DNA from: the human T2T-CHM13v2.0 reference genome, Homo sapiens
Assembly (NCBI RefSeq): GCF_009914755.1
Contig: NC_060942.1
Strand: one strand, 5' to 3'
Length of the DNA stretch: 64,000 nt
Of the stretch, positions 13,201 to 25,200 are shown piece after piece (position 1 is the stretch's first letter; every line of letters begins with the position of its first letter). The notes beneath the pieces were generated by a model. The model worked only from the letters and a program-made list of their open reading frames with translations, ran no database searches and was not told the DNA's origin. The position numbers were made by a program, and so were the translations under genes.

Positions 13201-16200
13201 CATTCAAGTCACAGAGTAGAACATTCCCTTTGGTAGAGCAGGTTTGAAACACTCTTTTTTTAGTATATGGAAGTGGACATTTGGAGCGCTTTCAGGCCTA
13301 CGTTGGAAAAGGAAATATCTTCCCATAACAACTAGACAGAAGCATTCTCAGAAACTAGTTTCTGATGTGTGTCCTCAACTAACACAGTTGTACATTTCTT
13401 TATACAGAACAGTTTTGAAACACTCTTTTTGTGGAATCTGCAAGTGGATATTGGGCTAGATTTGAGTATTTCGTTGGAAACGGGATTACATATAAAAAGC
13501 AGACAGCAGCATTCTCAGAAAGTTCTTTGTGATGATTGCATTCAAGTCACAGAATTGAACATTGCCTTTCACAGAGCAGGTTTGAAACACTCTTTTTGTA
13601 GTGTGTGTAAGTGGACATTTGGAGCGCTTTCCGGCCTAAGGTGAAAAAGGACATATCTTCCCATAAAAACTAGACAGAAGCATTCTCAGAAACTTACTCG
13701 TGATGTGTGTCCTCAACTAAAGGAGTAGAACCTTTCTATTCATAGAGAAGTTTTGAAACGCTCTTTTTGTGGAATCTCCAAGTGGATATTTGGCTAGTTT
13801 TGAGGATTACGTTGGAAGCGGGAATTCAAACAAATTGCAGACTGCAGCGTTCTGAGAAACATCTTTGTGATGTTTGTATTCAGGACACAGAGATGAACAT
13901 TCCCTATCATAGAGCAGGTTGGAATCACTCCTTTTGTAGTATCTGGAAGTGGACATTTGGAGCGCTTTCAGGCCTATGTTGAAAAAGGAAATATCTTCCC
14001 ATAACAACTAGACACAAGCATTCTCAGAAACTTGTTTGTGATGTGTGCCCTCTACTGACAGAGTTGAACCTTTCTTTTCATAGAGCAGTTTTGAAACACT
14101 CTTTTTGTAGAATCCGCAAGAGGATATTTGCATAGCTTTGAGGATTTCGTGGGAAACGGGATTGTCTTCAGGTAAAATCTAGACAGAAGCATTCTCAGAA
14201 ACTTCTTTGGGATGTTTGCATTCAAGTCACAGAGTAGAACATTCCCTTTGGTAGAGCAGGTTTGAAACACTCTTTTTGTAGTATCTGGAAGTGGACATTT
14301 GGAGCGCTTTCAGGCCCATGTTGGAAAGGGAAATATCTTCCCGTAACAACTAGGCAGAAGCATTCTCAGAAACTTATTTGAGATGTGTGTACTCAACTAA
14401 GAGAATTGAACCACCGTTTTGAAGGAGCAGTTTTGAAACACTCTTTTTCTGGAATCTGCAAGAGTATATTTGCCTAGCCTTGAGGATTTCGTTGGAAACG
14501 GGATTGTCTTCAGATAAAATCTAGACAGAAGCATTCTCAAAAACTTCTTTGGGATGTTTGCATTCAAGTCACAGAGTAGAACATTCCCTTTGGTAGAGCA
14601 GGTTTGAAACACTCTTTTTTTAGTATATGGAAGTGGACATTTGGAGCGCTTTCAGGCCTACGTTGGAAAAGGAAATATCTTCCCATAACAACTAGACAGA
14701 AGCATTCTCAGAAACTAGTTTCTGATGTGTGTCCTCAACTAACACAGTTGTACATTTCCTTAGACAGAACAGTTTTGAAACACTCTTTTTGTGGAATCTG
14801 CAAGTGGATATTGGGCTAGATTTGAGGATTTCGTTGGAAACGGGATTACATATAAAAAGCAGTCAGCAGCATTCTCAGAAAGTTCTTTGTGATGATTGCA
14901 TTCAAGTCACAGAATTGAACATTCCCTTTCACAGAGCAGGTTTGAAACACTCTTTTTGTAGTGTGTGTAAGTGGACATTTGGAGTGCTTTCAGGCCTAAG
15001 GTGAAAAAGGACATATCTTCCCATAAAAACTAGACAGAAGCATTCTCAGAAACTTACTCGTGATGTGTGTCCTCAACTAAAGGAGTAGAACCTTTCTATT
15101 CATAGAGAAGTTTTGAAACGCTCTTTTTGTGGAATCTCCAAGTGGATATTTGGTTAGTTTTGAGGATTTCGTTGGAAGCGGGAATTCATACAAATTGCAG
15201 ACTGCAGCGTTCTGAGAAACATCTTTGTGATGTTTGTATTCAAGACACAGAGATGAACATTCCCTATCATAGAGCATGTTGGAATCACTCCTTTTGTACT
15301 ATCTGGAAGTGGACATTTGGAGCGCTTTCAGGCCTATGTTGAAAAAGGAAATATCTTCCCATAACAACTAGACACAAGCATTCTCAGAAACTTGTTTGTG
15401 ATGTGTGCCCTCTACTGACAGAGTTGAACCTTTCTTTTCATAGAGCAGTTTTGAAACACTCTTTTTGTAGAATCCGCAAGAGGATATTTGCATCGCTTTG
15501 AGGATTTCGTGGGAAACGGGATTGTCTTCAGGTAAAATCTAGACAGAAGCATTCTCAGAAACTTCTTTGGGATGTTTGCATTCAAGTCACAGAGTAGAAC
15601 ATTCCCTTTGGTAGAGCAGGTTTGAAACACTCTTTTTGTAGTATCTGGAAGTGGACATTTGGAGCGCTTTCAGGCCCATGTTGGAAAGGGAAATATCTTC
15701 CCGTAACAACTAGGCAGAAGCATTCTCAGAAACTTATTTGAGATGTGTGTACTCAACTAAGAGAATTGAACCACCGTTTTGAAGGAGCAGTTTTGAAACA
15801 CTCTTTTTCTGGAATCTGCAAGAGTATATTTGCCTAGCCTTGAGGATTTCGTTGGAAACGGGATTGTCTTCAGATAAAATCTAGACAGAAGCATTCTCAG
15901 AAACTTCTTTGGGATGTTTGCATTCAAGTCACAGAGTAGAACATTCCCTTTGGTAGAGCAGGTTTGAAACACTCTTTTTTTAGTATATGGAAGTGGACAT
16001 TTGGAGCGCTTTCAGGCCTACGTTGGAAAAGGAAATATCTTCCCATAACAACTAGACAGAAGCATTCTCAGAAACTAGTTTCTGATATGTGTCCTCAACT
16101 AACACAGTTGAACTTTTCTTTAGACAGAACAGTTTTGAAACACTCTTTTTGTGGAATCTGCAAGTGGATATTGGGCAAGATTTGAGGATTTCGTTGGAAA

Positions 16201-19200
16201 CGGGATTACATATAAAAAACAGTCAGCAGCATTCTCAGAAAGTTCTTTGTGATGATTGCATTCAAGTCACAGAATTGAACATTCCCTTTCACAGAGCAGG
16301 TTTGAAACACTCTTTTTGTAGTGTGTGTAAGTGGACATTTGGAGCGCTTTCCGGCCTAAGGTGAAAAAGGACATATCTTCCCATAAAAACTAGAGAGAAG
16401 CATTCTCAGAAACTTACTCGTGATGTGTGTCCTCAACTAAAGGAGTAGAACCTTTCTATTCATAGAGAAGTTTTGAAACGCTCTTTTTGTGGAATCTCCA
16501 AGTGGATATTTGGCTAGTTTTGAGGATTTCGTTGGAAGCGGGAATTCATACAAATTGCAGACTGCAGCGTTCTGAGAAACATCTTTGTGATGTTTGTATT
16601 CAAGACACAGAGATGAACATTCCCTACCATAGAGCATGTTGGAATCACTCCTTTTGTAGTATCTGGAAGTGGACATTTGGAGCGCTTTCAGGCCTATGTT
16701 GAAAAAGGAAATATCTTCCCATAACAACTAGACACAAGCATTCTTAGAAACTTGTTTGTGATGTGTGCCCTCTACTGACAGAGTTGAACCTTTCTTTTCA
16801 TAGAGCAGTTTTGAAACACTCTTTTTGTAGAATCCGCAAGAGGATATTTGCATAACTTTGAGGATTTCGTGGGAAACGGGATTGTCTTCAGGTAAAATCT
16901 AGACAGAAGCATTCTCAGAAACTTCTTTGGGATGTTTGCATTCAAGTCACAGAGTAGAACATTCCCTTTGGTAGAGCAGGTTTGAAACACTCTTTTTGTA
17001 GTATCTGGAAGTGGACATTTGGAGCGCTTTCAGGCCCATGTTGGAAAGGGAAATATCTTCCCGTAACAACTAGGCAGAATCATTCTCAGAAACTTATTTG
17101 AGATGTGTGTACTCAACGAAGAGAATTGAACCACCGTTTTGAAGGAGCAGTTTTGAAACCCTCTTTTTCTGGAATCTGCAAGAGTATATTTGCCTAGCCT
17201 TGAGGATTTCGTTGGAAACGGGATTGTCTTCAGATAAAATCTAGACAAAAGCATTCTCAGAAACTTCTTTGGGATGTTTGCATTTAAGTCACAGAGTAGA
17301 ACATTCCCTTTGGTAGAGCAGGTTTGAAACACTCTTTTTTTAGTATATGGAAGTGGACATTTGGAGCGCTTTCAGGCCTACGTTGGAAAAGGAAATATCT
17401 TCCCATAACAACTAGACAGAAGCATTCTCAGAAACTAGTTTCTGATGTGTGTCCTCAACTAACACAGTTGTACATTTCTTTAGACAGAACAGTTTTGAAA
17501 CACTCTTTTTGTGGAATCTGCAAGTGGATATTGGGCTAGATTTGAGGATTTCGTTGGAAACGGGATTACATATAAAAAGCAGTCAGCAGCATTCTCAGAA
17601 AGTTCTTTGTGATGATTGCATTCAAGTCACAGAATTGAACATTCCCTTTCACAGAGCAGGTTTGAAACACTCTTTTTGTAGTGTGTGTAAGTGGACATTT
17701 GGAGTGCTTTCCGGCCTAAGGTGAAAAAGGACATATCTTCCCATAAAAACTAGACAGAAGCATTCTCAGAAACTTACTCGTGATGTGTGTCCTCAACTAA
17801 AGGAGTAGAACCTTTCTATTCATAGAGAAGTTTTGAAACGCTCTTTTTGTGGAATCTCCAAGTGGATATTTGGTTAGTTTTGAGGATTTCGTTGGAAGCG
17901 GGAATTCATACAAATTGCAGACTGCAGCGTTCTGAGAAACATCTTTGTGATGTTTGTATTCAAGACACAGAGATGAACATTCCCTATCATAGAGCATGTT
18001 GGAATCACTCCTTTTGTAGTATCTGGAAGTGGACATTTGGAGCGCTTTCAGGCCTATGTTGAAAAAGGAAATATCTTCCCATATCAACTAGACACAAGCG
18101 TTCTCAGAAACTTGTTTGTGATGTGTGCCCTCTACTGACAGAGTTGAACCTTTCTTTTCATAGAGCAGTTTTGAAACACTCTTTTTGTAGAATCTGCAAG
18201 AGGATATTTGCATAGCTTTGAGGATTTCGTGGGAAACGGGATTGTCTTCAGGTAAAATCTAGAGAGAAGCATTCTCAGAAACTTCTTTGGGATGTTTGCC
18301 TTCAAGTCACAGAGTAGAACATTCCCTTTGGTAGAGCAGGTTTGAAACACTCTTTTTGTAGTATCTGGAAGTGGACATTTGGAGCGCTTTCAGGCCCATG
18401 TTGGAAAGGGTAATATCTTCCCGTAACAACTAGGCAGAAGCATTCTCAGAAACTTATTTGAGATGTGTGTACTCAACTAAGAGAATTGAACCACCGTTTT
18501 GAAGGAGCAGTTTTGAAACCCTCTTTTTCTGGAATCTGCAAGAGTATATTTGCCTAGCCTTGAGGATTTCGTTGGAAACGGGATTGTCTTCAGATAAAAT
18601 CTAGACAGAAGCATTCTCAGAAACTTCTTTGGGATGTTTGCATTCAAGTCACAGAGTAGAACATTCCCTTTGGTAGAGCAGGTTTGAAACACTCTTTTTT
18701 TAGTATATGGAAGTGGACATTTGGAGCGCTTTCAGGCCTATGTTGGAAAAGGAAATATCTTCCCATAACAACTAGACAGAAGCATTCTCAGAAACTAGTT
18801 TCTGATGTGTGTCCTCAACTAACACAGTTGTACATTTCTTTATACAGAACAGTTTTGAAACACTCTTTTTGTGGAATATGCAAGTGGATATTGGGCTAGA
18901 TTTGAGGATTTCGTTGGAAACGGGATTACATATAAAAAGCAGACAGCAGCATTCTCAGAAAGTTCTTTGTGATGATTGCATTCAAGTCACAGAATTGAAC
19001 ATTCCCTTTCACAGAGCAGGTTTGAAACACTCTTTTTGTAGTGTGTGTAAGTGGACATTTGGAGCGCTTTCCGGCCTAAGGTGAAAAAGGACATATCTTC
19101 CCATAAAAACTAGACAGAAGCATTCTCAGAAACTTACTCGTGATGTGTGTCCTCAACTAAAGGAGTAGAACCTTTCTATTCATAGAGAAGTTTTGAAACG

Positions 19201-22200
19201 CTCTTTTTGTGGAATCTCCAAGTGGATATTTGGCTAGTTTTGAGGATTTCGTTGGAAGCGGGAATTCATACAAATTGCAGACCGCAGCCTTCTGAGAAAC
19301 ATCTTTGTGATGTTTGTATTCAGGACACAGAGATGAACATTCCCTATCATAGAGCAGGTTGGAATCACTCCTTTTGTAGTATCTGGAAGTGGATATTTGG
19401 AGCGCTTTCAGGCCTATGTTGAAAAAGGAAATATCTTCCCATAACAACTAGACACAAGCATTCTCAGAAACTTGTTTGTGATGTGTGCCCTCTACTGACA
19501 GAGTTGAACCTTTCTTTTCATAGAGCAGTTTTGAAACACTCTTTTTGTAGAATCCGCAAGAGGATATTTGCATAGCTTTGAGGATTTCGTGGGAAACGGG
19601 ATTGTCTTCAGGTAAAATCTAGACAGAAGCATTCTCAGAAACTTCTTTGGGATGTTTGCATTCAAGTCACAGAGTAGAACATTCCCTTTCGTAGAGCAGG
19701 TTTGAAACACTCTTTTTGTAGTATCTGGAAGTGGACATTTGGAGCGCTTTCAGGCCCATGTTGGAAAGGGAAATATCTTCCCGTAACAACTAGGCAGAAG
19801 CATTCTCAGAAACTTATTTGAGATGTGTGTACTCAACTAAGAGAATTGAACCACCGTTTTGAAGGAGCAGTTTTGAAACACTCTTTTTCTGGAATCTGCA
19901 AGAGTATATTTGCCTAGCCTTGAGGATTTCGTTGGAAACGGGATTGTCTTCAGATAAAATCTAGACAGAAGCATTCTCAGAAACTTCTTTGGGATGTTTG
20001 CATTCAAGTCACAGAGTAGAACATTCCCTTTGGTAGAGCAGGTTTGAAACACTCTTTTTTTAGTATATGGAAGTGGACATTTGGAGCGCTTTCAGGCCTA
20101 CGTTGGAAAAGGAAATATCTTCCCATAACAACTAGACAGAAGCATTCTCAGAAACTAGTTTCTGATGTGTGTCCTCAACTAACACAGTTGTACATTTCTT
20201 TAGACAGAACAGTTTTGAAACACTCTTTTTGTGGAATCTGCAAGTGGATATTGGGCTAGATTTGAGGATTTCGTTGGAAACGGGATTACATATAAAAAGC
20301 AGTCAGCAGCATTCTCAGAAAGTTCTTTGTGATGATTGCATTCAAGTCACAGAATTGAACATTCCCTTTCACAGAGCAGGTTTGAAACACTCTTTTTGTA
20401 GTGTGTGTAAGTGGACATTTGGAGCGCTTTCCGGCCTAAGGTGAAAAAGGACATATCTTCCCATAAAAACTAGACAGAAGCATTCTCAGAAACTTACTCG
20501 TGATGTGTGTCCTCAACTAAAGGAGTAGAACCTTTCTATTCATAGAGAAGTTTTGAAACGCTCTTTTTGTGGAATCTCCAAGTGGATATTTGGTTAATTT
20601 TGAGGATTTCGTTGGAAGCGGGAATTCATACAAATTGCAGACTGCAGCGTTCTGAGAAACATCTTTGTGATGTTTGTATTCAAGACACAGAGATGAACAT
20701 TCCCTATCATAGAGCATGTTGGAATCACTCCTTTTGTAGTATCTGGAAGTGGACATTTGGAGCGCTTTCAGGCCTATGTTGAAAAAGGAAATATCTTCCC
20801 ATATCAACTAGACACAAGCGTTCTCAGAAACTTGTTTGTGATGTGTGCCCTCTACTGACAGAGTTGAACCTTTCTTTTCATAGAGCAGTTTTGAAACACT
20901 CTTTTTGTAGAATCTGCAAGAGGATATTTGCATAGCTTTGAGGATTTCGTGGGAAACGGGATTGTCTTCAGGTAAAATCTAGAGAGAAGCATTCTCAGAA
21001 ACTTCTTTGGGATGTTTGCCTTCAAGTCACAGAGTAGAACATTCCCTTTGGTAGAGCAGGTTTGAAACACTCTTTTTGTAGTATCTGGAAGTGGACATTT
21101 GGAGCGCTTTCAGGCCCATGTTGGAAAGGGAAATATCTTCCCGTAACAACTAGGCAGAAGCATTCTCAGAAACTTATTTGAGATGTGTGTACTCAACTAA
21201 GAGAATTGAACCACCGTTTTGAAGGAGCAGTTTTGAAACCCTCTTTTTCTGGAATCTGCAAGAGTATATTTGCCTAGCCTTGAGGATTTCGTTGGAAACG
21301 GGATTGTCTTCAGATAAAATCTAGACAGAAGCATTCTCAGAAACTTCTTTGGGATGTTTGCATTCAAGTCACAGAGTAGAACATTCCCTTTGGTAGAGCA
21401 GGTTTGAAACACTCTTTTTTTAGTATATGGAAGTGGACATTTGGAGCGCTTTCAGGCCTATGTTGGAAAAGGAAATATCTTCCCATAACAACTAGACAGA
21501 AGCATTCCAGAAACTAGTTTCTGATGTGTGTCCTCAACTAACACAGTTGTACATTTCTTTATACAGAACAGTTTTGAAACACTCTTTTTGTGGAATCTGC
21601 AAGTGGATATTGGGCTAGATTTGAGGATTTCGTTGGAAACGGGATTACATATAAAAAGCAGACAGCAGCATTCTCAGAAAGTTCTTTGTGATGATTGCAT
21701 TCAAGTCACAGAATTGAACATTCCCTTTCACAGAGCAGGTTTGAAACACTCTTTTTGTAGTGTGTGTAAGTGGACATTTGGAGCGCTTTCCGGCCTAAGG
21801 TGAAAAAGGAAATATCTTCCCATAAAAACTAGACAGAAGCATTCTCAGAAACTTACTCGTGATGTGTGTCCTCAACTAAAGGAGTAGAACCTTTCTATTC
21901 ATAGAGAAGTTTTGAAACGCTCTTTTTGTGGAATCTCCAAGTGGATATTTGGCTAGTTTTGAGGATTTCGTTGGAAGCGGGAATTCATACAAATTGCAGA
22001 CCGCAGCCTTCTGAGAAACATCTTTGTGATGTTTGTATTCAGGACACAGAGATGAACATTCCCTATCATAGAGCAGGTTGGAATCACTCCTTTTGTAGTA
22101 TCTGGAAGTGGACATTTGGAGCGCTTTCAGGCCTATGTTGAAAAAGGAAATATCTTCCCATAACAACTAGACACAAGCATTCTCAGAAACTTGTTTGTGA

Positions 22201-25200
22201 TGTGTGCCCTCTACTGACAGAGTTGAACCTTTCTTTTCATAGAGCAGTTTTGAAACACTCTTTTTGTAGAATCCGCAAGAGGATATTTGCATAGCTTTGA
22301 GGATTTCGTGGGAAACGGGATTGTCTTCAGGTAAAATCTAGACAGAAGCATTCTCAGAAACTTCTTTGGGATGTTTGCATTCAAGTCACAGAGTAGAACA
22401 TTCCCTTTGGTAGAGCAGGTTTGAAACACTCTTTTTGTAGTATCTGGAAGTGGACATTTGGAGCGCTTTCAGGCCCATGTTGGAAAGGGAAATATCTTCC
22501 CGTAACAACTAGGCAGAAGCATTCTCAGAAACTTATTTGAGATGTGTGTACTCAACTAAGAGAATTGAACCACCGTTTTGAAGGAGCAGTTTTGAAACAC
22601 TCTTTTTCTGGAATCTGCAAGAGTATATTTGCCTAGCCTTGAGGATTTCGTTGGAAACGGGATTGTCTTCAGATAAAATCTAGACAGAAGCATTCTCAGA
22701 AACTTCTTTGGGATGTTTGCATTCAAGTCACAGAGTAGAACATTCCCTTTGGTAGAGCAGGTTTGAAACACTCTTTTTTTAGTATATGGAAGTGGACATT
22801 TGGAGCGCTTTCAGGCCTACGTTGGAAAAGGAAATATCTTCCCATAACAACTAGACAGAAGCATTCTCAGAAACTAGTTTCTGATGTGTGTCCTCAACTA
22901 ACACAGTTGTACATTTCTTTAGACAGAACAGTTTTGAAACACTCTTTTTGTGGAATCTGCAAGTGGATATTGGGCTAGATTTGAGGATTTCGTTGGAAAC
23001 GGGATTACATATAAAAAGCAGTCAGCAGCATTCTCAGAAAGTTCTTTGTGATGATTGCATTCAAGTCACAGAATTGAACATTCCCTTTCACAGAGCAGGT
23101 TTGAAACACTCTTTTTGTAGTGTGTGTAAGTGGACATTTGGAGTGCTTTCCGGCCTAAGGTGAAAAAGGACATATCTTCCCATAAAAACTAGACAGAAGC
23201 ATTCTCAGAAACTTACTCGTGATGTGTGTCCTCAACTAAAGGAGTAGAACCTTTCTATTCATAGAGAAGTTTTGAAACGCTCTTTTTGTGGAATCTCCAA
23301 GTGGATATTTGGTTAGTTTTGAGGATTTCGTTGGAAGCGGGAATTCATACAACTTGCAGACTGCAGCGTTCTGAGAAACATCTTTGTGATGTTTGTATTC
23401 AAGACACAGAGATGAACATTCCCTATCATAGAGCATGTTGGAATCACTCCTTTTGTAGTATCTGGAAGTGGACATTTGGAGCGCTTTCAGGCCTATGTTG
23501 AAAAAGGAAATATCTTCCCATAACAACTAGACACAAGCGTTCTCAGAAACTTGTTTGTGATGTGTGCCCTCTACTGACAGAGTTGAACCTTTCTTTTCAT
23601 AGAGCAGTTTTGAAACACTCTTTTTGTAGAATCTGCAAGAGGATATTTGCATAGCTTTGAGGATTTCGTGGGAAACGGGATTGTCTTCAGGTAAAATCTA
23701 GACAGAAGCATTCTCAGAAACTTCTTTGGGATGTTTGCATTCAAGTCACAGAGTAGAACATTCCCTTTGGTAGAGCAGGTTTGAAACACTCTTTTTGTAG
23801 TATCTGGAAGTGGACATTTGGAGCGCTTTCAGGCCCATGTTGGAAAGGGAAATATCTTCCCGTAACAACTAGGCAGAAGCATTCTCAGAAACTTATTTGA
23901 GATGTGTGTACTCAACTAAGAGAATTGAACCACCGTTTTGAAGGAGCAGTTTTGAAACCCTCTTTTTCTGGAATCTGCAAGAGTATATTTGCCTAGCCTT
24001 GAGGATTTCGTTGGAAACGGGATTGTCTTCAGATAAAATCTAGACAGAAGCATTCTCAGAAACTTCTTTGGGATGTTTGCATTCAAGTCACAGAGTAGAA
24101 CATTCCCTTTGGTAGAGCAGGTTTGAAACACTCTTTTTTTAGTATATGGAAGTGGACATTTGGAGCGCTTTCAGGCCTACGTTGGAAAAGGAAATATCTT
24201 CCCATAACAACTAGACAGAAGCATTCTCAGAAACTAGTTTCTGATGTGTGTCCTCAACTAACACAGTTGTACATTTCTTTATACAGAACAGTTTTGAAAC
24301 ACTCTTTTTGTGGAATCTGCAAGTGGATATTGGGCTAGATTTGAGGATTTCGTTGGAAACGGGATTACATATAAAAAGCAGACAGCAGCATTCTCAGAAA
24401 GTTCTTTGTGATGATTGCATTCAAGTCACAGAATTGAACATTCCCTTTCACAGAGCAGGTTTGAAACACTCTTTTTGTAGTGTGTGTAAGTGGACATTTG
24501 GAGCGCTTTCCGGCCTAAGGTGAAAAAGGAAATATCTTCCCATAAAAACTAGACAGAAGCATTCTCAGAAACTTACTCGTGATGTGTGTCCTCAACTAAA
24601 GGAGTAGAACCTTTCTATTCATAGAGAAGTTTTGAAACGCTCTTTTTGTGGAATCTCCAAGTGGATATTTGGCTAGTTTTGAGGATTTCGTTGGAAGCGG
24701 GAATTCATCCAAATTGCAGACTGCAGCGTTCTGAGAAACATCTTTGTGATGTTTGTATTCAGGACACAGAGATGAACATTCCCTATCATAGAGCAGGTTG
24801 GAATCACTCCTTTTGTAGTATCTGGAAGTGGACATTTGGAGCGCTTTCAGGCCTATGTTGAAAAAGGAAATATCTTCCCATAACAACTAGACACAAGCAT
24901 TCTCAGAAACTTGTTTGTGATGTGTGCCCTCTACTGACAGAGTTGAACCTTTCTTTTCATAGAGCAGTTTTGAAACACTCTTTTTGTAGAATCCGCAAGA
25001 GGATATTTGCATAGCTTTGAGGATTTCGTGGGAAACGGGATTGTCTTCAGGTAAAATCTAGACAGAAGCATTCTCAGAAACTTCTTTGGGATGTTTGCAC
25101 TCAAGTCACAGAGTAGAACATTCCCTTTGGTACAGCAGGTTTGAAACACTCTTTTTGTAGTATCTGGAAGTGGACATTTGGAGCGCTTTCAGGCCCATGT

